This document shows, piece after piece, positions 28,102 to 41,754 of a DNA stretch of 64,000 bases. The stretch's first letter is position 1. The number at the start of each line of letters is the position of its first letter. The position numbers and the translations under genes are program-made. Origin of the DNA: Octopus vulgaris (Eukaryota); contig OX597832.1 in assembly GCA_951406725.2 (NCBI GenBank), positions 22,940,001 through 23,004,000 on the forward strand, written 5' to 3'. Under the pieces are notes generated by a model. That model saw nothing but the letters and a program-made list of their open reading frames with translations. It ran no database searches and was not told where the DNA came from.

Positions 28102-28200
28102 AGCTCGCAGTGTCGTCTGCTAAATGTCTGTGACCGATGAGGAGACAACTACTCCGAAATGTTAACATCACACAGTCTCGGTAGATGACGCTGCGAAGCT
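28102..28200 (+). ncRNA. Type-I hammerhead ribozyme, degenerate core, long stem I
   Basis: ctgtga-CCGATGA-GGAG acaacta CTCC-GAAA tg ttaa ca TC-acacag; outer arms agctcgcagtgtcgtctgc / gtagatgacgctgcgaagct pair. Confidence 0.7.
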
Positions 28201-28401
28201 AATATATGTGTATATACACCATTTGTCAACACGCGAGATATATTCTCCGTGAGTAGCTTTATCCCCAATTCGAACGTGCATCAAGCATATTCGGACGGAT
28301 ATCATTGCAATATAAGGTTATAAACTTATTTCTTTATTTCTTTACTGCCCACAAGGGGCTAAACATAGAGGAGATATATACATATACATACATATGTGTG
28401 T

Positions 28402-28429
<28 letters not shown>

Positions 28430-28434
<5 letters not shown>

Positions 28435-28590
28435 GGACTTCCTTCAGTTTCAATCTAAATTATCCACTCACAAGGCTTGGCTCAGTCCGAACCTATTATA
28501 GAAGACATTTGCCCAAGATGCCAGAAAGTGGGATAGAACCCGGAACCGTGACGCTGGGAAACAAACTTTTTACCACGCAACGGCGCCTCT
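28430..28590 (-). mobile_element. Family B SINE head (diverged)
   Basis: agaagacatttgcccaag..aacccggaacc on the plus strand. Confidence 0.75.
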
Positions 28591-29329
28591 TCCAATAACT
28601 ACACCCATAACACGTCAAATACCTTTTTGTATCCATGGCTTCACAGATTATCATGAATAAATCGCATACATCTTTTATGAACTCAATGAAGTGTATTCAT
28701 TCGCCATGTTGAACATATTTACCGTCCCGCAGCCCAGCGTTGCCTGGAACGACCAGAAATTGAACGATATTCCGATCTTCAGATCAGACCATCCTTCACC
28801 TAGAAATATCTGCTAACAGCAAAGAGCGTTCAAGCAGTAACGTGTACTTTTAAATATAAAGGTTTCTTTTGTGTATATTTTTTTTCTCACAGGAGTAAAA
28901 CTATCAATGGCAAAATCCATTTAAAACTTGTTCAATGCAAATACCGATAAAATACAGTTAGTTAGTTACATTACACTAACTGTATTTTAAATTATAAGTT
29001 TGTTTTCTGCATTTTAATTTTATTCTAGTTTTATTTGGAATGCATTTTAGTAAGATAAATATATTTACCGTAATTGACGGCACAGGAAAAGTGTTTGTGT
29101 ATAACAGCTCTGCATTATGGTTCCCATGAATTTTCCTATATTTTTTGAAGTCTAGATATACTAAGCATAGCCTGTCAGCTAAACATTTTAGCAACTGTAT
29201 ATTATAAATTTATAAATGTATTAATCTATTATTAGTGTATGATAAACGTGTGTCTATATATATGCGTGTGTATATGAGTGTGTGTGTTTGTATATACATA
29301 TGCATATATATAAATGCATCTACATATAT

Positions 29330-29436
<107 letters not shown>

Positions 29437-29487
29437 TGTATAAATATATTTATGTACATATAATCATATATGATATGTGTGTTCATA

Positions 29488-29514
29488 GGTAGACAGACAG
29501 ACAGATTGATAGGC

Positions 29515-29548
<34 letters not shown>

Positions 29549-29566
29549 ATAGACAGATAGTTAGGC

Positions 29567-29605
<39 letters not shown>

Positions 29606-29624
29606 TAGATTGATATATATATAT

Positions 29625-29701
<77 letters not shown>

Positions 29702-29881
29702 GAGACAGACAGACATATAGATAGATAGATAGACAGACAGAGAGACAGACATATGTACAGACAGACAGATAGATAGATAGATACATACATACATACATAA
29801 ACAGACAGACATACAGGCAGACAGATAGACAGATAGACAGACAGAAAGACAGACAAACAGACAGAGAGACAGACAGTCAGA

Positions 29882-29967
<86 letters not shown>
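29488..29967. repeat. Long (GATA)n/(GACA)n array
   Basis: Directly visible. Confidence 0.98.
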
Positions 29968-29968
<1 letters not shown>

Positions 29969-30789
29969 TTATTTTCGTGTAACATTCGACAACATATTTT
30001 TATTTGAAATACATTCAACTAGCATTTCCATCAATATTCCGTTATATAAATTCCATAAGGAACTTTCAGTTTTTTCCTATATGGAATTTCAAAGAATACC
30101 GTTACTTCGCGAACGTTTCCATTCGGAATATCTTCATTCATACCTCATGGCGTTCGTGATATGTCTTCTGTTTCAAAACAAACAAAACAAAAAAAAGAAA
30201 TATTACCAAAGTACATTTTATGTTCTTAGAAAAATGTTTTTGAAATTTTGTTGAATCCAAACAGAATTTTATTTGTATTTTTATGTCCTGCTACATGTAT
30301 TTCGGTTTTGTGAAATGCATAGAATGCTAAAAGTGATATTGAGAAAATGAGGGCGTTTTTAATTATTGTAGTTAGAATGCATGAAACGAAGAAACGAAGA
30401 ACTGAGAATTTGGTAACATTTTATTTTACCATTTATTTTTATCTAAGATTTACGAACGCATTTCTTCAGTTAACCAAACAGCGAAATTATTCTTGTATAT
30501 ATTTCTGAACTTTAAAAGGAAAATATCAACTCTAACTGTTTACATTTTGAGAATTGCGAAATTCTTCAATAAAGTTATTTCTGAATTTCAACAGTTTCGT
30601 TTATTTTTCTTATTCTTGTTCTTGTTGCTGTTGTTGTGTGAGAGCAGCGTATGTCATCAGCGTGACACAGGAGTACAAATACACGAAGACCAATATACCC
30701 ATCATGATTACACAGTTTCATTATGCACGATTCGTACATCAGAAAAAATATGCGCGTGAGATTGCGATGTTATATATCAAGATAAACAG

Positions 30790-31100
30790 CCCATGGCATT
30801 CCAGGTGGTCTTTTTTTCCTCAATGGCGTGGGCAGTCTTTATGACCAAATCCTCCAATACCATATAATTCCCATTTTCTATCATAGCCTTTGGTTCGTAC
30901 TCATACCACTTTTCTGTTATTTTTAAGACATTCATTTAACATCCCAATGCACGGTTTTACCTATGCAGTCATGACTGCGTTTATACTCCTTTCTTGCTAG
31001 TATACTGCGCTCACTCAAAAGCTGAATGATACTCTTGTCTCTTTTCCTGAAGAATCTGTCTGACTCAGTAAATTTCTTCTTACATACTCGAACCTCATCC
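30790..31100 (-). mobile_element. Old R4/Dong-clade fragment (REL domain)
   Basis: LARKEYKRSHDCIGKTVHWD, EKWYEYEPKAMIENGNY.., KTAHAIE, colinear with the REL region of 10836-12453. Confidence 0.75.
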
Positions 31101-31511
31101 AGTATTCCGCTATCCAGATATAGAAGATCAGCAGATACTTTTAAATTCCTCCTACATCATGTTTGCCCTTTTCTAGAAAATTATACACGATATCTGGTAT
31201 GAGGCCACTTAACAGTGGTGGTGCTGGTGGTGGTGTTATCAAAGTTTGATTAATTAGTTACTTTAGCGCATAATGAATTAATAAATGCACACATGAATTT
31301 AATGAATTCTGTGTATAATTCTAATTTCGTTTTAATTTTCATGACATAGAATTGTTCTTGTCATAAAAGAATGAGCATCAGCGTCGGTTGAAATGTAAAA
31401 TTTGTTAAAATCTCACACTGAATTGTAGGTTGTGTAACACTAAATACTGTAACTAATGTTTTAAAAAAATGAGACTGTCACGACTGGAATATCGCTGAAG
31501 GTAAGTTAACC

Positions 31512-31755
31512 CTTTACTCTTTTACTTGTTTCAGTCATTTGATTGCGGCCATGCTGGAGCACCGCCCTTAATCGAGCAACTCGACCCTGGAACTTATCCA
31601 TCGCAGAGTTACTCATTTTTGCCAGCTGAATGGACTGGAGCAACGTGAATTGAAGTGTTTTGCTCAAGAACACAACGCGTCGCCCGGTACAGGAATCGAA
31701 ACCACAATCTTATGATCATGATGCTGACACCCTAACCACTAAGCCACGCGCCTCT
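31512..31755 (-). mobile_element. Chimeric SINE: family D head/core + family B tail
   Basis: Head GGCGCGTGGCTTAGTGGTTAGGG..TTCGATTCC..CTTGAGCAAAACAC followed by GGCGGTGCTCCAGCATGGCCGC..AAGTAAAAGAGTAAAG. Confidence 0.75.
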
Positions 31756-32124
31756 ACTTCTGTAGCACGAAAGTAACAGAAGTACAAGGGATGAATTAAT
31801 GGATCTATCCTTCTTCATAAAGCTCTGGGCTTATTAAAAATAATTCTTTTCTCGCAATAAATGGCAAAACGTCGCTAGTAAGCATCCAACATATCTGATC
31901 CTTGATACGTATTTGATTTGCAATGTAAGCTATTTCCTAAAATCCTGACAAGCATAAATTCTGAACGTATTTAATATTCCGAATTCAAATATTTTTCACC
32001 AGACAGGTATGAGTTGCTCTGAACGCAAAAGAGGAAACCTATTCAGTGTTATGAGAAGAATTTATGAAGATGACTTGTGGTGCTGCTTGAGGATTTTGCT
32101 TTCTGATTAGATCATATTAAATTA

Positions 32125-32505
32125 TGGAATGGAAGCACTCCGTCGGTTACGACGACGAGGGTTCCGGTTGATCCGATCAACGGAACAGCCTGCTCGTGAA
32201 ATTACCGTGTAAGTGGCTGAGCACTCCACAGACACGTGTACCCTTAACGTAGTTCTCGGGGATATTCAACGTGACACAGAGAGTGACAAGACCGGCCCTT
32301 TGAAGTACAGGTACTCTTTGAAGTAAGAGTGAGAGAAAGTTGTGGTGAAAGAGTACAGCAGGGATCACCACCATCCCTGCCGGAGGCTCGTGGAGCTTTT
32401 AGGTGTTTTCGTTCAATAAACTCTCACAACGCCCGGTCTGGGAATCGAAACCGCGATCCTATGACCGCGAGTCCGCTGCCCTAACCACTGGGCCATTGCG
32501 CCTCC
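32125..32505 (-). mobile_element. Full-length family C SINE (tRNA-Arg-like head) with tail Y
   Basis: GGAGGCGCAATGGCCCAGTGGTTAGGGCAGCGGACTCGCGGTC..GGTTTCGATTCCC; 15-bp TSD atta[g/a]atcatattaa (32106-32120, 32508-32522). Confidence 0.92.
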
Positions 32506-32947
32506 ATATTAAATCATATTAAGGCGGCGAGCAACTAGAATCGTTAACACGTCAGACAAAACGCTTAGCGGCATTTAGTCCTTCTTTATGTTCTGAGTTC
32601 AAATATCGCCGAAGTAGGCTCCGATTGATTTTGATGGAATATACAATGTCAAATTTGCCAGTCATCCTTCCGGTGTTAATAAAGCACTACAAGGTATTTT
32701 CTAGCCGTACAGGTAATCGAAGGTTGAAGAAAATCAGTGCTTCCAAGTATCTTAATATGCGTGCCTGAGGAGAAAATAATACCTTATAGATTGCCAATAT
32801 CAGTAGATAAGATATTTTACATATATATATATATATATATACATATATATACACACACAGACAAATTCTATGTAATATACTTGCATTAATACGTTTGTGT
32901 ATATGGGTACATATTGTTACTGAAATGTATATATGTATGCCTATATA

Positions 32948-32987
<40 letters not shown>

Positions 32988-33074
32988 CATACACACATAC
33001 GCACACACAGTCACGCATTCACACATACCATATATCCATATATATATATATATATATACCATACAAACACACAG

Positions 33075-33129
<55 letters not shown>

Positions 33130-33132
33130 ATA

Positions 33133-33187
<55 letters not shown>

Positions 33188-33502
33188 GAATTTTTTGTGT
33201 AATGAAATTTAAAAACCGTGTAAGGCGATTTGACGTCTATTTCTAGCGTATAGGATTCTACTTTAGTAGTCATTCCTCTTATTAATTGTAATATATATAT
33301 ATTTATATACATATATATATATACACACACGCATATATATGTATATACGCGTGTACTTCTATGGGCAAATGTACATATCTACATTTACGTACGTTTTGGC
33401 ATATTCTACTGACCAAGACAAACACATTTTTATATTACTAAACTAGAAATCATTCCATCTAGAATTAACCTTAAAAAAGATTTTCCCTAATGTTTAGAAT
33501 TT

Positions 33503-33852
33503 GTGTGATAAGAAGCTTGCATGTCGACCACATGGTTCTGGATCCAGTCCCACTCATGGAACCTTGGGCAAATATCTTCTACTATAATCTCAGGCCGCCC
33601 AAAGCCTTGTGAATGGATTTGGTAGACGGAAACTGAAAGAAGCAGTGTATCTATTTGTGTCTGTGCTTGTCTCCCACCATCGCTTCACAACCGATGTTTT
33701 CGTGTTTACAGCCGCATAACTTAGGGGTTCCGCAATAGTTCTCCGATAGAATGAGTACTAGGCATATAAAGAATAAGCGCTGGGGTCGATTTGTTCGACA
33801 AAGACGATACTCCAGCATAGCCGCAGTCAAATGACTGCAACAAGTAAAAAAA
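33503..33852 (+). mobile_element. Family B SINE
   Basis: Head, CCTTGGGCAA core and CAGTCAAATGACTG tail. Confidence 0.85.
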
Positions 33853-33985
33853 TAACAAAAAATTTACCTCGCCTTCAACCTGTGCCAACGAAATGAAAAA
33901 TATATGGTTTTAGAGTAATTTGACGTCCATTTCTAGCATGTATGTGTTGTTTCTCAGTTCTCTTCACTATAATTATTATCCATAC

Positions 33986-34044
<59 letters not shown>

Positions 34045-34478
34045 TGCGCTCTGTAATAAAAACACCACATTGCTTTCATTGAAACTGTCTTATATTTCAA
34101 ATTGATTAAATTTCTATATAGTAATTGAAAATTGATATGACACCCTACAAGAACACGTGCAAATATCGGATGCTTAATACAGCCTAATTCATTCTAATAT
34201 AACACCTTTCTGCTTCAACCGGCATTTATCAATAGAAGTGATCGCAATGTGCATGTCTTAAATATGTAATTTTTATATTAATTTTAATTGTAAACTTCGA
34301 AATATAATTTTGATATTTTCTATAATGCTATAATTTGTATCGTTAATCTAACCACAATTAATCACTATATGGTTCTTTCTCTCTTCCTCTCTTATTTCAC
34401 ACAGACGCTCATATACATATATGAGAATTACATACATACATTCATATATAAATGCTTATGTGTGTGAGTATGTATGGC

Positions 34479-34526
<48 letters not shown>

Positions 34527-34908
34527 AATGTTTGTGCTTGCATGTTTGTGTATATGTGTGTGTGTGATGTTATATGCGTTTATGTGAGTGTTTGTGTGGT
34601 TTTATGTCAGCGTATGATGCGAGTACCCTTATATATTTATAATTCTGAAAATTATTTTTCCAAATCTTATTCGCCGCTCTCGTATTTAAAATCACACATC
34701 ACAAATACAAACACAAACCCATGCACAACGAAACCCACACGCGCACACACACTCATTATATATAGTACGTAGGTTTGTATTACTCTTTTAAGAACGCTTG
34801 TGGATTCGTTATTGATTGGTCAGAAGCCAGATGGTAACATTTGGAAAGAAAAGTAAAACATGAATGAAATTAATCTTTGATAATTTTTGTATAGTAATTT
34901 ATTAATTA

Positions 34909-35182
34909 CTAGCAGCATAGCCCGGCGTTGCCCGGGTATGTAAGAGCCCCTAGTAAGCAATGACTAATCCCAATCTAGTCCTTTCCCTAGGGAACGAAGG
35001 CGCATGTGTAGGTTGCAATGTCTTCTCTTCACTTCCAAATAACTATCAAACAGCTATCGATAATTCAACCCAACCAATTCCTATCAGGAAGAAAATATGC
35101 ATATATTTTCTTCCCATTGTATTTGTATATATATATATATTTATTTATATATATATAGCGGCGTACGTACACTTTGGTCTGT

Positions 35183-35235
<53 letters not shown>

Positions 35236-35240
35236 AGATA
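34909..35240 (-). mobile_element. Non-autonomous Helitron
   Basis: Minus-strand 3' end cccgggcaacgccggg hairpin + ctatgctgCTAG|T, as at 63450; 5' end approximate, within the (TA)/(TAGATA) tract. Confidence 0.7.
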
Positions 35241-35364
35241 TATAGGACTATTTGGAATTTAGGTATATGAATATTAGATTTAAAATTGAAGCAGATAGAT
35301 GTAATTCTAACATCCATTATATTTTCAAATTTTGGCGCAAGGCCTGTAATTTCGGGGTATGGCA

Positions 35365-35520
35365 TAAGTCGATTATACTTACCCCTGTAATCGTGTGGTA
35401 CTTAACTTATCGGCCCTGAAAGGATAAAAGACAAAGTTGGCCTTTGAACTTAGACATAAGACTGACAAAATACAACGAAGTATTTCGTCCGGCATGCTAA
35501 CGATTCTGCCAGCTCGCCGC
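35365..35520 (-). mobile_element. Family A SINE (diverged)
   Basis: tgctaacgattctgccagctcgccgc head on the plus strand. Confidence 0.8.
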
Positions 35521-36461
35521 ATTTTTAATATCCCCGATATAAAATCGTTTATAAGATATACATAACGTATCTAAGTACTTGTTTATATTAATTTGAGTTT
35601 ATCATTTTATTGATTCAGATAGACTAATAAACATCTGTTGGTCTATGTTGGCTGTAAATTTGAAATTGTATGTTGAGTAATGACAATATATATCTTTAGA
35701 AGATGATCCGTAGATATTTTTTTCTCCTTTATTTTGTAACCAAATTTGTATCAACAATGTAGCTTATTTCCACCTCACAGGATTATTACAATTGTATTGC
35801 GACCTGAAGATCAATACGGAGTCGTATGTACTTTAATTTTCATGCTAGTTCGTTTTTTAACTTACATAAATATTCTCCTTTTTTTATCTTTCAAGTTCTT
35901 TATGTTTGTCTTTATCGATTCGTAGTGCAGTCTTCTATATATTGGCGTAAATGTCTCTGCTTTACAACATAATATTTATACGAGCAGGAAATTAACCGAA
36001 AATATTCTCTCAATGTTGAGAATTATCTATCCCCGATATTCGTACTTAGAAAAAAATCTCAGCAAATTCACAATTGAAGTGTTTTCTTTCCTCTTTTCCA
36101 GATGATTCTTTAATTTAACAAACCGTGTTTAATATAATGTCGCTAGAAATTAAATGCCTGGCCTTCTCTTTACACAGGAAGTATATTTTCTCCCTGGAAT
36201 TTAAAATTGCTATTGAGCTGTTGCCATGTTTATTTTGTAAAAACCAATTCATCATTTAATTGTATGGTTTACGATAAAGAAAGAAAAGGAGAAGTGAAGG
36301 TTTAAAGTTGTACGTCAGAATTGTCATTGCCATATACGTTAACTCTCTTAAATCACTTGTACTTTGCCTGTCCACATTTGAATATCATAAACTTGCATTG
36401 ATTTCCCGCAGCGTATATAAGACCATGCAATATTAGTTTGTTCATATACTGAAACCATTTG

Positions 36462-36693
36462 AAGGCGGCGAGCTGGCAGAAACGTCAGCACGCCGGGCGA
36501 AATGCGTAGCCGTATTTCGTCTGTCGCTATGTTCTGAGTTCAAATTCCGCCGAGGTCGACTTTGCCTTTCATCCTTTCGGGGTCGATAAATTAAGTACCA
36601 GTTACGCACTGGAGTCGATATAATCGACTTAATCCGTTTGTCTGTCCTTGTTTGTCCCCTCGGTATGTAGCCCCTTGTGGGTAGTAAAGAAAT
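36462..36693 (+). mobile_element. Full-length family A SINE
   Basis: Complete head, core and tail; 14-bp TSD atatactgaaacca (36444-36457, 36694-36707). Confidence 0.93.
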
Positions 36694-37036
36694 ATATACT
36701 GAAACCAGTCACTGACAGATTCAGTGTAGTAAAGCCAAATGTTCCCAAAACATTTGTTAACGATGGCAGGGCACACTCTTCTTGATACAAAAAGTTCCCA
36801 AATTATTTTGTAAGAACATGGGACAACAGTTTAACGAGAAAAGAAAGATACTTTCTAATCTGGGGTTCTAAGGAGGGCAGCAGGAACAGGAGTCATACAT
36901 TTTACTGTACTCACAAGATATACTATACATGTGTGTGTGTGTGTGTGTATGCGTGTTTGTGGGTGCTTTAATTAATTAATTTGTATCCATTGGATCTCTC
37001 CATTTTCAAAGTTTCTGAGAGAAAAACGCCACTTTG

Positions 37037-37312
37037 ATGCAATTCGCTTTGCCAGAAATTTGGAAATGACATGTTGTGCAGATTAGCGTTCGCGCCGGAA
37101 GCTCCAATACGAAGATTTCATAGTGTGTCGGTATCAATCTGTGGAGAGCGCAGGGGATTCGGAAAGAGTCAGGTGAATGTAATGGGGATTACGAAGGTAC
37201 AGCTTGGAAAACTCATTTTCATCGTTGTGATTAGAAAAGAAATCCTGAAATTGTTGGTGAGATCCAGGCCATGATTAACAACGATCCCACCAGGTGAAAC
37301 AGGTCTACCGCT
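37037..37312 (+). mobile_element. Tc1/mariner-superfamily (probably maT/DD37D-like) transposase N-terminal fossil
   Basis: LPEIWK*HVV..RAGSSNTKIS*CVGINL..IRKE..RNPEIVGEIQAMINNDP: HTH-type N-terminus with in-frame stops. Confidence 0.7.
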
Positions 37313-37400
37313 GTGGTTGAAGCCAATGGCGATTTTATTGAATAAATTTACTTTTTAGTATTTCCAGATATGTTTATGAAATTTTGGTAAATATATGATG

Positions 37401-37550
37401 CATGGCTGTGTGGTAAGAAGCTTGCTTCCCAACCACATGGTTCCGGGTTCAGTCACACTGCGTGGCAACTTGCGCAAGTATTTTCTGCTAGAGTCACAGG
37501 CCGACCAAACCCTTGTGAGTAGATTTGTTAGACGAAAACTGAAGCCCGTC

Positions 37551-37600
<50 letters not shown>

Positions 37601-38547
37601 GGTTCAATTTGAGGACAGTTGACGGCGACCTACATTTGGCAATGAATCCATTGTTCTGCCAGATGCGGGGTTATTAATTAGCTCTGGGGAAGCTCCCCGA
37701 CCCTGTCAGGTGAATTAGAGTTCAGATTGTGAGAGACAGTGAGAGAAATGTTGGGGGCCGAGGAAGACAGATTAAGGAATCTGGGAGCTGTCATGAGAGA
37801 TGACAGTAGAGTGAGAGAGGATGAGGGGCAGAGGAAGACAGGCAGAGAGTATTGCAGAGCTAAGAGAGAGAGTGATTGCGAGAGAGAGATTAGGGTAGTG
37901 GCAAGGACAGAGCAAGTGAGGTTTTGGCAGTCGGTATTTGGTAGTCAAGGCGAGCGGTTGGATTTAGGAGTGAGGATTTGGAATTCAAGGCAAGCGGTTA
38001 GCAAGTTGGATTTAGCGGTGCTAGGAGAGATGGGGTACAGTATGAGATATTGGCTATTATCGTAGGAACGTCCGGTAAAGTTTTGTTTGTGTTTAATTAT
38101 GTTTTGATATGTGAAGAAAAAGAAGGAAAGAGTTGTGGTATTTATGTAAAACGAATTGTATTGATACGTGTTACGAAAAAATGTGAACTGTTGTGAATTG
38201 AACATTGATTTGTAACGTGAACTTATTTGTCTATGAACATTGTATATGCCTTTAATGTGTTTTGAAACAGAACTGTTGTCTCCGGACAGTTTAAATGCTT
38301 TGGTGTGTTGATTCTGTTACTTGCTTGTATTTACCTGATGTATCTTGATATGTAATTGATGTTGTAACAATTGATTGTCATAAACTAGATGTTAAATGTG
38401 AGCCAATTGCCTTCATTGTGTCTTTCTCGATTGCCTCTGTGTCTCTTCTTGCGGCTGTTGTTGTTGTTGTTGTCTCTCTCTCTCCTCTCCGAGTTTCCGT
38501 GGCGAACATTCGCTAATCGACCGAGCGACGGCAGGTGGTCCGTAACA

Positions 38548-38578
<31 letters not shown>

Positions 38579-38612
38579 TGTATGTATGTATGTATGTATG
38601 TATGTACGTATG

Positions 38613-38658
<46 letters not shown>

Positions 38659-38795
38659 TTTTTTGTGTTTACGTCAACCTAACGTAGCGATTCGGCCAAA
38701 CAGTACTAGGGTTAGAAAGAATAAGTCCAGACGTTACTTCGTTCAACTAAAGGCGGTACTCCAGCATGGCCGCAATCAATTGACTGAAAGAAGTA
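37401..38795 (+). mobile_element. Family B SINE split by a solo LTR
   Basis: Head at 37401-37555, tail at 38654-38795. Confidence 0.8.
37595..38547. mobile_element. Solo LTR (~953 bp, likely Gypsy/Ty3)
   Basis: Termini TGTTGTGG ... CCGTAACA (imperfect inverted repeat, TG..CA), 4-bp ATAT on both sides, no internal coding domain. Confidence 0.75.
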
Positions 38796-38862
38796 TAATA
38801 ATATCTGCTAAAATGAGATGTCAATGTTATGCTCTTTTGCGTAATTTAGACTATTCACATGC

Positions 38863-38915
<53 letters not shown>

Positions 38916-40171
38916 TATACGAATCAGAAAGACAGATGTGGAAGACGAACTTCTGATCTCAGGCTCTGGGATGCCGTATCATTATCTTTGGTTATTGTTA
39001 TATTCCCCATATGTTTCTTCTGCAATGCTCTTCTCCTACACGATTCCATTTAAATGCTATTGCTCCAGCGAGGCAAAAATTACAATGGCTCGAGTCATCT
39101 AATCATCCAAACAATTAAAGAACACATTATCTCTCCGGATTCTGTGCACTCACTTTTCAATTCTTTCAGTGCAGGGACTTTCGATCCATTTTATTCTGTT
39201 TCGCTGGAAAAAAAAGATGAGATAATTTCCCCCGTAAGCAGTTTGAGTGATTAAGTATAATCCTCTTTTATCGGTTCCTGCTTGCCATGTCATATTTGTA
39301 CCCATAAATATCGGAAAGATAAGCGAACTATTTAGGAATGCGTATATACATTCATATGTGTGTGTTTGTGAGTTTGAGTGGGTTTGCGTGCAAATTCATG
39401 CGCGCGTATATGTGTATGTATTCTGCCGATTGTTATTCTAAATGCATCATTTAGTACATTATAATCTCCTGGTTCTTCATTGGATTTTACCGATCTTAAG
39501 AAGACATATATTTATTATTATCAATGTGAACAAGAACATATTTATCTCATTTTTCTGTCGTGTTATAGAATATCTTATATATCTCTCGTTCGAAATATTA
39601 CCCGATAGATAAATTTCTCCGGCACAAAGAAAATTGGATGTTATTCAAAATAATATTTTCTCCTTTGGAATTCATGAGAAAGCAACACGCTAAATATATA
39701 TGATGAGCAATAACAGAGGGGAGTTAGTTTCCTTCTGAACTTATTGAAGATTTCTGCTACTCTGTCATTCACTGCTGAGTTCAAATCGTACAAAGTTATG
39801 AACGTTTATCCCTTCGCGTTTCCATAAGAAAGAAACAAATAGTCCCAGTGGTGGATGGGTAGAACTTTAAACAAAACACCGCACTGATCTCTGGCGGATT
39901 CTTTTCCGAACTCATCGCATTCTGAGTTCAAATCCTGCCTTAACTACCATGGGTGAATATCTTAATGTGTCGTCCTGCTTAACATCCGAAGCTGCCATTT
40001 GACTGCTTTAGCGATCTCCGTTCTGTTGTCAACATTATTGCAGGGCCCCTCTCTCTGATGGTTGCTTTCCTAGCTCTCCATCACATTGTTCTCTGATTCG
40101 GTAGATCAGTAAAGAGTCATGAGTAGCGATCATTCGCCTGAGAAAAGCATTATAAGAAATAACTGCGTGTC

Positions 40172-40785
40172 TCTGTGATTAAGAAGCTCGCTTTGCAACA
40201 ACCAGGTTTCGGGTTCAGTCCCATTATGCGGCATTTTGGAGTGTGGTTTCTACTATAGTTCCGAGTCGACCAATGTCTCGTGAGTTTATTGCCTACAGGG
40301 TAACTGTGAAAGAGTCTGTTGTCAGTGTGAGTACTTTCTTCTTTGAAGATATATTTACATATATATATATATAAATATATCTTAGTGTGTGCATGCCCCT
40401 ATGTGTGTGAGTGTATGCGTAATTGTACGTATATATATATATATATATATACGTATGTATGTATGTATGTATGTATGTATGTATGTATGTATGTATGCCA
40501 TGGTTGAGTTTTGATCATCTCTGTTCATTTTCTCTTATACCTTGATATACATGATATACATACATATACATATACATGATATACATATACATACATACAT
40601 ACATATATACATACATACATACATACATACATATACACACTGACAGTGTGTTTGCGATTGTTTTTGTCCCTCCCCTACCACCGTTCGAAGATCGTGTCCG
40701 TTTGTTTACATCCTCGTAAAATAACGGTTCAACAAAATAGACACGTAGAATAAGTACCAAACTTTTCAAGGAATAATCTTCAAAG
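40172..40785 (+). mobile_element. Diverged family B SINE containing a locally copied insert
   Basis: Head 40172-40320, tail 40650-40785. Confidence 0.75.
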
Positions 40786-40907
40786 CCAACGTCGCCGCAG
40801 CCCGATGTCGGATGCAAGTGAAAATAAACATTCTCAAAGATACGGCTTACAAATCCTTTAACAATAGCAAAAGCACCACCAAGACATGTGAAATATCCGA
40901 CCACCTA

Positions 40908-41326
40908 TACTCTTTTACTCTTTTACTTGTTTCAGTTATTTGACTGTGGCCATGCTGGAACACCGGCATTAGTCGAACAAATCGTCCCAATGACTTATTC
41001 TTTGTAAGCCTAGTACTTATTCTATCGGTCCCTTTTGCCGAACCACTAAGTTACGGGGACGTAAACACACCAGCATCGGTTGTCAAGCGATGTTGGGGGG
41101 ACAAACACAGACACTCAAACACATACACACACATGCATACACATATATAAACATTTATACGACGGGTTTCTTTCAGTTTCCGTCTGCCAAATCCAGTCAC
41201 AAGATTTTTGGTCAGGCCGAGGCTATAGAAGAAGACAATTGCCCAAGGTGCCACGCAGTGGGAATGAACCTGGAACCATGCGGTTCGTAAGCAAGCTACT
41301 TACCACACAGCCACTCCTACGCCTAT
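40908..41326 (-). mobile_element. Full-length family B SINE (CORE-like body, internal microsatellite)
   Basis: GGCGTAGGAGTGGCTGTGTGGTAAG head, GGCACCTTGGGCAA body, (AGTAAAAG)n tail. Confidence 0.92.
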
Positions 41327-41754
41327 AAGTATATTCCCTGCACATATTATGGAATTAATTTCTGCACTGACATAGAATCCCAATACTAAGATCTAAGTCC
41401 ATTTGTGATGGTGTCATATGAGTTGGTTTTCCTGTACATCTGACACATGCCAACACATCCGTCAAAGACATTTACTTATTTTAGCTTCTCTCTTAATAAG
41501 AAGTTCGTAAAGTTCTGAAATTTTAATCCTGAGAAAAGGATGTTTATTTTAATCTTTCCGTCAGAGGAATTATACCAAATGTGATGAGAAGTACTAAGTC
41601 TGCTCAGAACACCTGGAATTATTTGAAGCCAATCAAACTAGTACTTTATGTAAATATAGTCGCAAACAGAAATAAAAGCTTAGTCCATGGAATGGTACGA
41701 TACATTTTCTTTAGCACCTAAATACATTCAAAAGTAAGTGATCTGCAGAGAAAG

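Noticed and set aside
32430-32505. tRNA-like sequences (also at 193, 36463, 51310, 60852)
   Set aside because: They are SINE heads continuing into SINE bodies, several with TSDs, not standalone tRNA genes.
37739-38065. 108-aa R/E-rich ORF
   Set aside because: Inside the purine-rich part of the solo LTR; no domain motifs.
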